A stretch of 64,000 bases of DNA from a virus (taxonomy: Duplodnaviria > Caudoviricetes), in IMG/VR virus record IMGVR_UViG_3300029305_005185, positions 96,001-160,000 of that record. One strand, 5' to 3'. Each line of letters opens with the position of its first letter. The first letter of the stretch is position 1. Positions 1-9,399 of the stretch are shown here, piece by piece. The position numbers and the translations under genes are program-made. Below the pieces are notes generated by a model, which saw only the letters and a program-made list of their open reading frames with translations, was not told the DNA's origin and did not search any database.

Positions 1-1
1 T

Positions 2-220
2 TTCGCCGTTGCTTCTCCCGCCCTCGCCAACGTTGGTTGGTTTGACTTCAACTATGACTTCCAGTATGTCATCATCAATTTCGGCTCCCGTACCATTGAA
101 GGTACATGCGAAAAATGGTGGGATTATGAAGATAGCGACGTTGTACAGGTACAGATTGACGGCGTTATCTATCTGACCCATTATGAAAATGTTCTGTTGT
201 GTAGCAAGAAACTGTGGTAA
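2..220 (+). CDS. Partial (5' truncated) small secreted/exported hypothetical protein
   Basis: Open frame from base 2 (FAVASPALANVGWFDFNYDF...YLTHYENVLLCSKKLW) to TAA 218-220; ends in a terminator hairpin. Confidence 0.7.
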   Translation, partial: FAVASPALANVGWFDFNYDFQYVIINFGSRTIEGTCEKWWDYEDSDVVQVQIDGVIYLTHYENVLLCSKKLW

Positions 221-238
221 AACCACAGTTTCTTTTTT
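206..238 (+). terminator. Intrinsic terminator with stop codon in loop
   Basis: AAGAAACTGTGG-TAAAA-CCACAGTTTCTT followed by a T run. Confidence 0.75.
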
Positions 239-281
239 ATGAGAAACTATATGTTAAACATATAGAATTAAAAGAGTGGAA

Positions 282-695
282 TTACTTCCACTCAATTTCA
301 TCGCAACGCATCTTATTAAAGTTGTGGTCTAACACAAGGTCAGCCATACCATGCAACATACAAGAAACAGTTTTCACTCCCTTTGGCACATAGAGAATAA
401 TTTCTTTTCTTTTTGCAGAAGCATAACCCACTTCAAATGCCGTGCCCGCGTCAGCATTGAAACCCCAATCAATAGCAATCACAAGGTCAGCGCGTTCAAG
501 CATTTTAATATCATGATGACAAACTTTCGCGCCCCAATTCCAGTTGGGAAGATTATCGCCGTCAGGAACTTTATAATATCGGGGAATGAAGATTTCCCAA
601 TCATCATATCTGCGCGCGATTTCATCAATGATTCTACTATATTCTTTTTCCTGTTCGGGAGTAAACCAAGGGCCAGCCAAATAAAGCAACTTCAT
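282..695 (-). CDS. Nucleoside 2-deoxyribosyltransferase / nucleotide N-hydrolase family protein
   Basis: LYLAGPWF, D..ML..ADLVIA, DAGTAFEVGYA motifs; start set at ATG 695 behind SD GGAAGGTG; minus-strand promoter at 722-750. Confidence 0.85.
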   Translation of the reverse strand: MKLLYLAGPWFTPEQEKEYSRIIDEIARRYDDWEIFIPRYYKVPDGDNLPNWNWGAKVCHHDIKMLERADLVIAIDWGFNADAGTAFEVGYASAKRKEIILYVPKGVKTVSCMLHGMADLVLDHNFNKMRCDEIEWK

Positions 696-721
696 GATAT
701 AGCACCTTCCTTTCGTGATAT

Positions 722-750
722 AGTATATCATGTTTAGTGTTGCTTGTCAA
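722..750 (-). promoter_or_regulatory. SigA-type promoter (TTGACA-17-TATACT)
   Basis: tgtcaa 745-750 and agtata 722-727 on + strand. Confidence 0.75.
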
Positions 751-906
751 CAAGAAAAACTATATGTTAAACATATAGAAACAAGCGTTGACTTTTCTCC
801 AAAAATGAGTATAATAGATAATGTCAAGAGGCAAGAGGGTAGGGCGAAGGTTAGAGGGTAATCCGGAACCCACCAAAAAAATCCTCAAAAAAATCTCAAA
901 AAGCAC

Positions 907-935
907 TTGACAACCGCCACAAACTGTGGTACAAT
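907..935 (+). promoter_or_regulatory. SigA-type promoter (TTGACA-17-TACAAT, extended TG)
   Basis: Direct reading; a second upstream promoter TTGACT..TATAAT lies at 788-815. Confidence 0.75.
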
Positions 936-994
936 AAAATCACTCCAAAGGGAGTAAATAAGAAAGTCCTAACATGGACAGAAAGAGGTATCTT

Positions 995-1504
995 ATGGCT
1001 AACATGAAGGAAATCACCGCTACCGTTCTCGCTCAGTATCCCGATGCTACCGCTTGCCGCAATGGCTCCAATGGCAACTTCCTCGCCGTGATGGGCGAAG
1101 TTGTTGATGGTGTTCAGACCTACTACGGCGTGAAGGTATGGAAGCTCGCCGCCAAGGCCACCAAGACCAACCCTGCCTTTGATGTGGAAGCCGCCCACGC
1201 GGAGTATGAAGCCTATGCCGCGAAGCAGGCCGAAAAGGCAAGCAAGCCCAAGGTTTCTAAGGAACCCGACCCCGAGAAGGTTGCCGCGAAGAAACGCCGT
1301 CAGGCCGGCCTGCTCGAGTACATGACCGAGAACGCAGGTGTGGAAGTTACTTCCAATGATGTGTTCACCGCCTTGAAGGATAGCGTGTACGATGGTTGTC
1401 TTATCATGGCAGTCGGCTCCGACCTTCAGGCTCTTGCCAAGGTTGACGAAAAGTTGACCGTTCGCGTTGAGAAGGGCAAGAAGTACTGGACTTACAACGC
1501 CTGA
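995..1504 (+). CDS. Hypothetical protein with C-terminal winged-helix-like domain, paralogue 1
   Basis: SD AAAGAGG; TSNDVF..L....LIMAVGSDLQAL......VRVEKGKKYW; similar to 3568 and 5018. Confidence 0.7.
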   Translation: MANMKEITATVLAQYPDATACRNGSNGNFLAVMGEVVDGVQTYYGVKVWKLAAKATKTNPAFDVEAAHAEYEAYAAKQAEKASKPKVSKEPDPEKVAAKKRRQAGLLEYMTENAGVEVTSNDVFTALKDSVYDGCLIMAVGSDLQALAKVDEKLTVRVEKGKKYWTYNA

Positions 1505-1583
1505 TGTACAAGGTGGGAAGGAAACTTCCCACCTTTTCCATCCCAACAAAACTATATGTTAAACATATAGAAAAACAGCCCGC

Positions 1584-1639
1584 TTGTTAAAAACTTAACG
1601 AAATTTGTTGTTGACATATCACGCAACCTATGATACAAT
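1584..1639 (+). promoter_or_regulatory. Rex-box-like palindrome (TTGTTAA-N4-TTAACGA) plus SigA promoter (1611-1639)
   Basis: Palindrome 1584-1601; TTGACA 1611, TACAAT 1634, 17-bp spacer. Confidence 0.6.
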
Positions 1640-1676
1640 GTATACATCCTAAGAAAAGAAAGGCGGTTACTATCCC

Positions 1677-2438
1677 ATGGAAACCATTCTCGTATTTGAC
1701 ACCGAAACCACAAGCATTGACAAACCTTTTGCCTATGATGTGGGCTATAAGATTCTGACCCGAAATTTTGAAACGCTCGAATCCAAGCACTTTGTGATTG
1801 AACAGATTTGGCATAATCTCCCTCTGTTTGAATCTACTTATTACAAAGATAAGCGCCCTTTGTACGTTCTCGCCATGCGTAAGCATGAAGCCATCATGAC
1901 CAAGTGGGGATACATGGTTGCTAAAATGCTCCGCGACATTAAGAAATATAATGTTGTAGCCGCTTATGCTTTCAATAGCACTTTCGATGACCGTGTTTTT
2001 CTTCACAACTGCGAATGGTTCAAAACTCGCAACCCCTTTGATACCATTCCCATCTATGATATTTGGGGCTATTCCTCCCAGTTTATCACGAATACGCAAG
2101 CATACCGCGATTTTGCCGAAGCAAACCAATGCTTCACCGAATCCGGCAACATCAGCGGAAACGCCGAAAACCTTTACCGCTTCATGACCGCCGACCCCGA
2201 TTTTGAAGAAGCGCACCAAGGCTTGCAAGACGTGGAAATTGAAGCCGAAATTTTACGCGAGTGCATCAAGCGTGGTGCAGAGTGGGACACCGAATATAAA
2301 GTGGTACAAAAGATTCCGCGTGAAATTGAACACCCTTACGCAATCAAGGTGAATGGAAAAGTTATCCATGAAGGCAAGTACACCAAAAAGTATGTACGCA
2401 AGGATGTATATTCCTTCACGGAAGAAATGGTGGAGTAA
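1677..2438 (+). CDS. DEDD (DnaQ-like) 3'-5' exonuclease
   Basis: VFDTETT (Exo I), AFNSTFDD (Exo II), EAHQGLQDVEIE (Exo III, DEDDh). Confidence 0.85.
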   Translation: METILVFDTETTSIDKPFAYDVGYKILTRNFETLESKHFVIEQIWHNLPLFESTYYKDKRPLYVLAMRKHEAIMTKWGYMVAKMLRDIKKYNVVAAYAFNSTFDDRVFLHNCEWFKTRNPFDTIPIYDIWGYSSQFITNTQAYRDFAEANQCFTESGNISGNAENLYRFMTADPDFEEAHQGLQDVEIEAEILRECIKRGAEWDTEYKVVQKIPREIEHPYAIKVNGKVIHEGKYTKKYVRKDVYSFTEEMVE

Positions 2439-2453
2439 TCCACCATTTCTTCC
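2420..2453 (+). terminator. 15-bp hairpin with stop codon in loop
   Basis: GGAAGAAATGGTGGA-GTAA-TCCACCATTTCTTCC; weak U tail. Confidence 0.6.
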
Positions 2454-2554
2454 ATCACAACAAAACTATATGTTAAACATATAGAAAATAAATTTGACAA
2501 ACATAAAAAATTCTGATATACTATATATGAAAATTAAGAAAGGAAGATGATTCT

Positions 2555-2788
2555 ATGACCGAACACGTCCACCCTTACATTGATGATGAACACGATATCA
2601 CCTGTCCTTACTGTGGCTCTCCGCTGTACAACTGGCGCGAAGAAACAGGGGATGTGGAATGGGAAGAACTACACAACGGACGTTTCACCTATAAGGAAAC
2701 GTGTGAACAGTGCAACCGTCGTGTAACGTATCATTTGAACTTCACCATAACTTGTGCCGTAGTTGAAGAAGAAAGGTTAGATAGGTAA
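2555..2788 (+). CDS. Small zinc-ribbon protein
   Basis: CPYC...CEQC; promoter TTGACA 2494 / TATACT 2517 upstream. Confidence 0.7.
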   Translation: MTEHVHPYIDDEHDITCPYCGSPLYNWREETGDVEWEELHNGRFTYKETCEQCNRRVTYHLNFTITCAVVEEERLDR

Positions 2789-2973
2789 TGGTAACATATC
2801 TCGCCCTTGCTAATCTCGTAGTTAGCACATTCAGTACCGTATGGTTTAGCCGCGACACCGATATTTACACTGTAACAGATGTTATCATGACTATGCTGTG
2901 CTGTGTACTTCCTATCATTCCCCTTTGCTATCTCTACCGTTGGTGTAACAAGTTTGTGAGAGGAGAAATCTAA
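2788..2973 (+). CDS. Small membrane protein
   Basis: Two hydrophobic segments; translationally coupled (TAATG). Confidence 0.6.
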   Translation: MVTYLALANLVVSTFSTVWFSRDTDIYTVTDVIMTMLCCVLPIIPLCYLYRWCNKFVRGEI

Positions 2974-2975
2974 CT

Positions 2976-3413
2976 ATGGAAGTTAAGACTATCTATATTG
3001 CCAATGATGGCACGGAGTTTGAAGATAAGGAAGAATGCCTTACCTATGAATCTTCTTTGACATCTGAATGCGATTTTGTCCAACTGTATGACAATGATGG
3101 CAAACTCATTGATTGGAATCCCGATGATTATGATGGTATGTGGGATCATCTCTATTACATCGTCATTGAACCGCACCGCGAAGAAGAAGCAGAAGAATGG
3201 TGGGCCAATTCCTTTGGCGTTATGCTTGGTGTTAATCCGTTCAGTGAAATGGATAACGACTGGAAAGCATGGAAACACCATTATCATGGTGACGAACCGA
3301 CCGTTCTTGCTTTTGACTTCGGAGGAAATGACAGTTGGATTATTTTCAATGAAGTCTATGACGAAGTAAAAGGCATTGTTCGCGGCCTTGACCTTGTGGA
3401 TGCTCTCGGTTGA
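2976..3413 (+). CDS. Hypothetical protein
   Basis: SD GAGGAG; YIANDGTEFEDKEECLTYE N-terminus common in small phage ORFs. Confidence 0.75.
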   Translation: MEVKTIYIANDGTEFEDKEECLTYESSLTSECDFVQLYDNDGKLIDWNPDDYDGMWDHLYYIVIEPHREEEAEEWWANSFGVMLGVNPFSEMDNDWKAWKHHYHGDEPTVLAFDFGGNDSWIIFNEVYDEVKGIVRGLDLVDALG

Positions 3414-3461
3414 GAGCATTCCAATAAAACTATATGTTAAACATATAGAAATATCACCCGC

Positions 3462-3517
3462 TTGTTAAAAACTTAACAAAGAAAATACTTGACCAATCAC
3501 CAAAAGTGTGATACAAT
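3462..3517 (+). promoter_or_regulatory. Rex-box-like palindrome TTGTTAAAAACTTAACAA plus SigA promoter
   Basis: Palindrome 3462-3479; TTGACC 3489, TACAAT 3512. Confidence 0.6.
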
Positions 3518-3567
3518 AAATACGTCCTCAAGAGAGGAACACTAAATAAGAAAGAGGTATCCCAATT

Positions 3568-4098
3568 ATGAAGAACGAACTTCGCGCCGAAGCCCTGTCC
3601 GCAGTCCTGCCCAAGGTAATGGAAATGTTCCCCGATGCCGTCAATGTCTGCGTTTCCAACAAGAACATGCTTGCCGTTGATACTGGCAAGGTTGATGACA
3701 ATGGTAAACCCATCTACGCCACCATTGATATTACCATCAAGGACAACGAAGCCACCAAGACCCGCGAAGGCTTTGACCTGATGACCGCCGTCAACGCCTA
3801 CAACGAAAAGGCTTCCAAGGCTACCGAGCGTAAGTCCAAGACCCCTTCCGCGCCCAAGAACACCGAAGCCGCCGAGCGCAAGAACAAGCGTATGACCGCC
3901 CTGCGCGAGTGGTGGACGAATGAAGCCGTTTCCGGCGAGGGCTACACCAGCACCATGATCAAGACCGAGCTTGCCGATGTGTATAGCGAACTGACCATTA
4001 TGCAGGTTGGCTCTGACCTCAAGACCCTGTCTGAAATCATTCCCACCGAGTGCGAGATGCGCGTGGTCGAGGGCAAGAAGCACTACTTCAAGGCGTAA
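3568..4098 (+). CDS. Winged-helix-like protein, paralogue 2
   Basis: LTIMQVGSDLKTL...MRVVEGKKHYFKA; same SD context (AGAAAGAGGTATC) as 995. Confidence 0.7.
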   Translation: MKNELRAEALSAVLPKVMEMFPDAVNVCVSNKNMLAVDTGKVDDNGKPIYATIDITIKDNEATKTREGFDLMTAVNAYNEKASKATERKSKTPSAPKNTEAAERKNKRMTALREWWTNEAVSGEGYTSTMIKTELADVYSELTIMQVGSDLKTLSEIIPTECEMRVVEGKKHYFKA

Positions 4099-4174
4099 GT
4101 CAGCGCTCCCCGAAAGGGGAGCATTTTTTGTTTGGAAAACTATATGTTAAACATATAGAATAAAAAAGGAACGC

Positions 4175-4654
4175 TTAACGTTCCTTCGGTGGAGCATATT
4201 TATTGTATTTTTCTCTTTGCTCACCATATCCCACAGTACCAAGCATACTATAGTTATCGCGCAGATAGAAAATCATACCTTCTAAGATATCTTTCGTGCG
4301 CTCACGTTCATGACGAATTGCTTCTGCCTTGATTGCGTTATTGCCTAACTTCAAGATGCGGTCTGCCTGCTCAGTAACAGTTGCTTCAACGGCATTCTCT
4401 TCATATTTGCTAATGACTTCATCCATAGGATATTCATCAAAGCCAATATACCAAAAACCTTCTCTGCTCTTGTCGGCATTCTGCACATAGCTTTCATACT
4501 GAGAAAACTTCTTCATAGTCAAGCGTTCCCAACAACGAATTGCTTCTGCTCTGTCATCAGTAACAAACAAAGTTTTCCAGTAATACCAGCCATGCTCAAC
4601 GATTTCATAAATTGTTTTCTTAGAACAGAACTCCATAAACATCTTCTTATCCAT
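4175..4654 (-). CDS. Hypothetical protein
   Basis: 159-aa ORF with SD AAAGGGGTG and own promoter TTGACG-17-TATAAT (4685-4713, minus strand). Confidence 0.75.
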   Translation of the reverse strand: MDKKMFMEFCSKKTIYEIVEHGWYYWKTLFVTDDRAEAIRCWERLTMKKFSQYESYVQNADKSREGFWYIGFDEYPMDEVISKYEENAVEATVTEQADRILKLGNNAIKAEAIRHERERTKDILEGMIFYLRDNYSMLGTVGYGEQREKYNKYAPPKER

Positions 4655-4835
4655 GTGTTACACCCCTTTCTTGATTGCTTCTATATTATAACATTTGTTT
4701 TTTATTCCGTCAAGTACTAAAACTATATGTTAAACATATAGTTTCCCCTTTTCCGCCCGGATTTCCGGGCTTTTCTTTTACTCTCTCATCCCACTGCGTA
4801 CCGCACGATTCCCAAAATTTTCCAAAATATACAAA

Positions 4836-4889
4836 AAGCTGGAAAGCTGGAAAATTTTTCCAAAGCTGGAAATTTTATAGAAGCTGGAA
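4836..4889 (+). repeat. Four AAGCTGGAA direct repeats
   Basis: Copies at 4836, 4844, 4863 and 4881; AGCTGGA cores also near 5724 and 5805. Confidence 0.75.
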
Positions 4890-5017
4890 TCATATAAAAA
4901 TTTGACAAATTCTAAAATTTTTCGTATAATATACCCATAAAGAACGAAAGAGTTCTAGAAATAATTATGGAGAAGGAAAACTCCAAATACAGAAACCCTC
5001 GAAAAAGGAGAAAACTT

Positions 5018-5530
5018 ATGGATGTAATGACTCGTGATGCCCTACGTACTGCTGTAATTGACAAGCTACTAGCTGACTTCCCCAAGGCCCAGAAGGTTGC
5101 CGGTGGTGTTGCCTTCATGTCTGAGACCCTAGATGAGGAAACTGGCCTATATTTCCCTGTTGAGATTAAGGTAAGTGTAAAGAATACTCAGGCTACCGCT
5201 CGTTCTGAAGCCTATGACTTTGAAAAGGCTGTTGCTGATTTCGCCGCTAAGCCCGGTCGCCGTACTGTTGACCCTGCCAAGAAGGCTGAACGTGAAGCTG
5301 CTCATGCTGCCTCTGTTGCTAAGAAGAATGCTAATCTAAAGGTTCTACGCGACTGGATTGCTGGCCATGAGATGAACGAAATGACCGCTACCATGGTTTA
5401 TGAGGCTATTCCTGAACTACAGACTGGTACTCTAATGGCTGTTGGTACTCTACTAAAGGAACTAGTTGAAGACGGTACTGTTGTAGTAACTCTAAGCGAG
5501 AAGCGCAAGAAGCTATATACCAAGGCGTGA
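5018..5530 (+). CDS. Winged-helix-like protein, paralogue 3
   Basis: SD AAGGAG; TLMAVGTLLKELVEDG.V.....KRKKLY; promoter TTGACA 4902 / TATAAT 4925. Confidence 0.7.
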   Translation: MDVMTRDALRTAVIDKLLADFPKAQKVAGGVAFMSETLDEETGLYFPVEIKVSVKNTQATARSEAYDFEKAVADFAAKPGRRTVDPAKKAEREAAHAASVAKKNANLKVLRDWIAGHEMNEMTATMVYEAIPELQTGTLMAVGTLLKELVEDGTVVVTLSEKRKKLYTKA

Positions 5531-5964
5531 GCGTCTAACGACGCTCAGAGAGCGTCACGAGGAGCGTAAGCTCCTCTTTTTTATTTTCCGATTGTTAAAA
5601 TTTTAACAAAGTGTGTATGATAAAAAGAAGCGCTTAAAATGTATAACTCGTCAGGCTTGATTTGTTAAATTTTATATGACATAAATTTGACTTATTAGAA
5701 AAATTATGCTACAATATAAATAAAGCTGGATACTTATAGTTTGAGCGAAACGCTCTTATTGATATTATGGGAGGTGTTCGCAATTCCGAACAAACTTTTT
5801 GAATAGCTGGAAAACTACCGATTAACCAACCAACTAACTGTTACCAAATTGGTAGAATTGGTAGGAATTGGTAGAACTACATATTATGAATGGAAGAATG
5901 GCAAGCCGCCAGCAAAGTTAATTACTTACCAAAAAGTAGAACAATTTCTACAAGGAGAATAGAA

Positions 5965-6135
5965 ATGACTTATTTCAATTGTTATAGTGCCAAGTTAGCA
6001 GGATTTCTACGTAAAAAGGGCTTCAAAATTGTAGGCACAAAAGTAAACCTAAAGAAACCGCAATATGACATATTCCTATTTGAAGAAACAGAAGAATTAA
6101 AGAAAGCTGTAGATGAATATTGCCACAGCCTATAA
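5965..6135 (+). CDS. DUF5659-like small protein
   Basis: YSAKLAGFL..KGF.......N...PQYDIFLFEETEELKKAV pattern; SD AAGGAG. Confidence 0.6.
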   Translation: MTYFNCYSAKLAGFLRKKGFKIVGTKVNLKKPQYDIFLFEETEELKKAVDEYCHSL

Positions 6136-6148
6136 TGGAGGAGTTCCA

Positions 6149-6907
6149 ATGATTAACAGTTTCAAAGATAATAAAGTGCGCGATAGTGCTTTAGTTTATA
6201 ACGGCACTTGGGAGCAAATAAAAAAATTATATGCCACCAATCCGCAGCAAGCGGGAGAGCTGGCAATTTCTGCCATTGAAATGGCATTGACAGGCGATAT
6301 TAGTTCTGATGACTTTCTTGTTGGAATCGCTTTGGAAAACATGAGAGTGGTAGCTAAAAAGAATAAGGATAAATGGGATAAAGAATGCGACAGAAAACGC
6401 ACGAATAAAATCGCCGCGCTTGCTCTTGATAAAATTGCGGAGTTATATTTACAAAAAATACCACAAACAAAAATTGGTCAAGAATTAAATATTCCACAAC
6501 AAACAGTTAGTTATCGCTTAAATATTATACGCAAAGAATTTCCTGAATTACTAAAAGAGGAATAGGACCTTACCAATTCTACCAACTTTACTAATATTGG
6601 TAATTTTAGTACCAATGGTACCAGTAGTACCAACAATCCAACGTATGATACTGATACTGTAACTGATACTGATACTGATACTGTAACTGATACTGTAACT
6701 GATACTTCTTTACCCGCTACGCGGGAAATTGGTAGAACCTACCAAAAAATGTCAGTGACAGAAATTGACAAAATGTTGGTAGAAAATGATACGGAAGAAA
6801 TTGTATATAAGGACGGCGCGCTAACGAATTACACAACTGGTGAGGTTATCTATCTTGACGCAGATAGCCAAAAGGAATATGATTCTTATCTTTATGAATG
6901 GAGCTAA
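6149..6907 (+). CDS. Putative replication initiator (DUF6291-like N-terminus, HTH, DT-repeat linker); TAG 6563 read as Gln
   Basis: SD GGAGGAG; frame stays open past TAG through DTDTVTDT repeats to TAA 6905. Confidence 0.65.
6646..6706 (+). repeat. GATACT/GTAACT hexamer tandem repeat encoding DTDTVTDT
   Basis: Direct reading; in frame with the 6149 gene. Confidence 0.85.
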
Positions 6908-7615
6908 TTTCATTTTCATTTCTTGAAAGCGTTTCAAAAATCCAATTTCATTTCCATATAACCCGAAACCCTCCCCTACGCGGGAGGGTTGTTTGTTTTC
7001 CCGAAACTATGCCGGCGGGCAGATGGTTCTCTTCCACCATTATAATGTTATCATAAATTTGTCAAATTGTCAATGTTTCTTTCAGTTAAAAATTTGCGTG
7101 GGATGAAGATACCAAAGGTTAGATGTATTGAATTTTGACAGTGTAAAAATGATGATTGATTATATGTTTTTCCATATGATTTTTATAGTATATCAAAAGT
7201 TGGAGAAAACTTAAAAAAATTTTTAAAAAATTTTTAAAAAAGAAAATTTTATTTAAAAAAAATTTAATTTAAATAAAAAATAAAATAATTAAATTTCCAC
7301 GGGAATTTTTTGGATATAATGGGAAAATTTGATTGAACGACACCTCGGTTTTTCTACTTATACGATGAAGATGAAAACGGATTTTGTAGGGGAAAAATGA
7401 AGGATGGTCACTAAAACACCACACCACCCACACCACACACTACCATTCACCTCGGCGACACAACTTTACCCCACCAAAACCCCAAAATCAACGCATCATC
7501 TCCTTTCGTTTTGCTTATATTATTATTTATTTCCTCTTTAAAGCAGAAAAGAAGTAGGCGTATAAACCTTCCTTCTAACCGCCCTAAACAAACTAAAAAA
7601 ATACACTGAGGAAGA

Positions 7616-8023
7616 ATGAGAAACATTATGAAAAAAGCATATCCAAGTAAAGAGCAAATCCGCGATACGCTAACAGCAATCAACAAGTCCTATCGTCAAA
7701 TCGCTCTTGACAGCGGCATATCGTTAAAATCAGTTTTAAATATAATGGACCTGAAAAATTATAATTTTTCATCATACGAAAAAATTATAGCCTATTGCCG
7801 CACTCAAGTGCCAGAAAAAGATTGGACTTATGTTCCTATCGCCGATTTGCTCTTATTTTTTTCGTCTAATAGAATTTCTAACAAAATCGCCGCCAAGTAT
7901 GGATATACATCCTCTATAAGAAAAAGTTTTTTTGCGCAAAGAAACTTACCTAGAATAGATACATATATCCTCCTATGTAATATCAAAATTGAAATGGAGG
8001 CTGAAAACCTATGTTTAGAATAA
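7616..8023 (+). CDS. HTH-type DNA-binding protein (two XRE-like repeats)
   Basis: SYRQIALDSGISLKSVLNI and ISNKIAAKYG helical motifs. Confidence 0.55.
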   Translation: MRNIMKKAYPSKEQIRDTLTAINKSYRQIALDSGISLKSVLNIMDLKNYNFSSYEKIIAYCRTQVPEKDWTYVPIADLLLFFSSNRISNKIAAKYGYTSSIRKSFFAQRNLPRIDTYILLCNIKIEMEAENLCLE

Positions 8024-8199
8024 TCTCAACCAACCTGGAACCCACCCCCGTTTATGTTGCTGATACCAAAGAAGACTTAGAAGCAATTAAGCGCCAGCAA
8101 TATGACAACGATATGCAAGGCATCGCTGCACTAGTGTTGGATGACGGGGACGGCAAGCCAATGTTGTATGTAATGAATACCGAAGGAGAGTGGGTATAA
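8011..8199 (+). CDS. Small hypothetical (virion module) protein
   Basis: SD GGAGG; LYVMNTEGEWV C-terminus. Confidence 0.65.
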   Translation: MFRIISTNLEPTPVYVADTKEDLEAIKRQQYDNDMQGIAALVLDDGDGKPMLYVMNTEGEWV

Positions 8200-8200
8200 T

Positions 8201-8653
8201 ATGATAGATGTTGCAGCATATGCGCTATTAAAACGCGGCATTACTACCGCAGGTTCCACCACTCCAGGAGTAGGCATCGTTGATGCCAAAATTGAAAATG
8301 GTCACCTAATCCTAATCATGAGTGATGGAAGCACTATTGACGCTGGCCTATTACCTACTGGCGCCGGCATAGATGACTCTGTGGTTTCTACTGAAACTAC
8401 ATGGTCAAGTGCGAAAATAGAAGAATACCACACTCAACATGTTGAAATCCGTGCTGCTGAAATTGCGCAAGAAGTCGCCGAACGCGCTTTAAGTGAATTT
8501 GTACCCGAACTAATTAGTGGTGGTACCGCAGAAAGCACAATAGAGTACATTGAAGGTGGTTCTGCCTCAGATGTAGAGCCAGATGTACTTTACGGTATGG
8601 ATGCCGATGAAGAGCCCGTAGGCGTAAAATTTGATTTTTCCGAGGAGGCGTAA
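8201..8653 (+). CDS. Virion-associated protein with repeated (L/I)xGG motifs
   Basis: GVGIVDAKIENGHLILIMSDGSTIDAG and IDDSVVSTETTWSSAKI are phage fibre motifs. Confidence 0.7.
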   Translation: MIDVAAYALLKRGITTAGSTTPGVGIVDAKIENGHLILIMSDGSTIDAGLLPTGAGIDDSVVSTETTWSSAKIEEYHTQHVEIRAAEIAQEVAERALSEFVPELISGGTAESTIEYIEGGSASDVEPDVLYGMDADEEPVGVKFDFSEEA

Positions 8654-8656
8654 CAT

Positions 8657-9355
8657 ATGGCACGTTTAATTGAACTAGAAAACCAAAAACAATGCGCCTC
8701 TTGGGGCTATCAAGGTGAAAGTGGCGCAACAATTTTAATCGCTTCTATAAGCGAATTTGCAGCCCAGTATCCAACTGGAAAACCCAATGTAATTTTCCAA
8801 CGTCATGATGGTCATCCTTATATGCACAAATTTATTCTTTCAGGGGAAAATCTCCTTATAGAATTAAATTCTACTGATACTTAGCAATGGGGAAAGTGCG
8901 AAGTTCAAATTAGCTGGCTCGTCAGCGGTAACAAAGTAATGAAGAAGAAAATTTATTCTTCCTACATTTTGCCTGGCGATCTTGAAGGTGACCTTCCACT
9001 TACAGACGAAAGTATTTTAGCTTTGGATAATTTGGAAGCTTATGTAGAAGAAGCAAAATTGCTATTAAATGAAGCAAAACAATACGCCGCTGAACTGGTA
9101 TTTGTTGAAGCATTACCCGAAGTTGGTGATAACACTAAACTTTATATTGACAAAGCAACTTCTTCTATGTATTATTGGAGTGGCGATGCCTTTATGCTTC
9201 TCAATCCTTCTTATGAATGCGATTGTGACGATAAAAAGCCTAGTCCGCCACCACCACCTCCACGTCCACCACACATTCCTTGTCCGCCAATAACAGGCGA
9301 TGGACAAGAGATTCTTTATGGTGGCAATGCTTTCTTTCCACAAGCAGAAGACTAA
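8657..9355 (+). CDS. BppU-like baseplate/adaptor protein; TAG 8882 read as Gln
   Basis: ORFs 8657 and 8939 are in one frame, separated only by TAG. Confidence 0.7.
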
Positions 9356-9399
9356 TAAATAAATCCCCACAACTAGATTAACGCAAGCAGGTGAATAAA

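Larger units (their letters stand above)
247..4741. repeat. Seven identical 19-bp palindromes CTATATGTT-A-AACATATAG (starts 247, 760, 1552, 2466, 3430, 4140, 4723)
   Basis: Exact copies read from the sequence; all intergenic, all with central A and preceded by AAA. Confidence 0.95.

Noticed and set aside
247-4741. Palindromes as a CRISPR array or dif sites
   Set aside because: Intervals are 0.5-1 kb of genes, not spacers. ATGTTAAA resembles a XerD arm, but there is no XerC arm or 6-bp core.
6646-6706. Hexamer repeat as a non-coding microsatellite
   Set aside because: It is in frame within the TAG-extended initiator gene and encodes a typical DT-rich linker.
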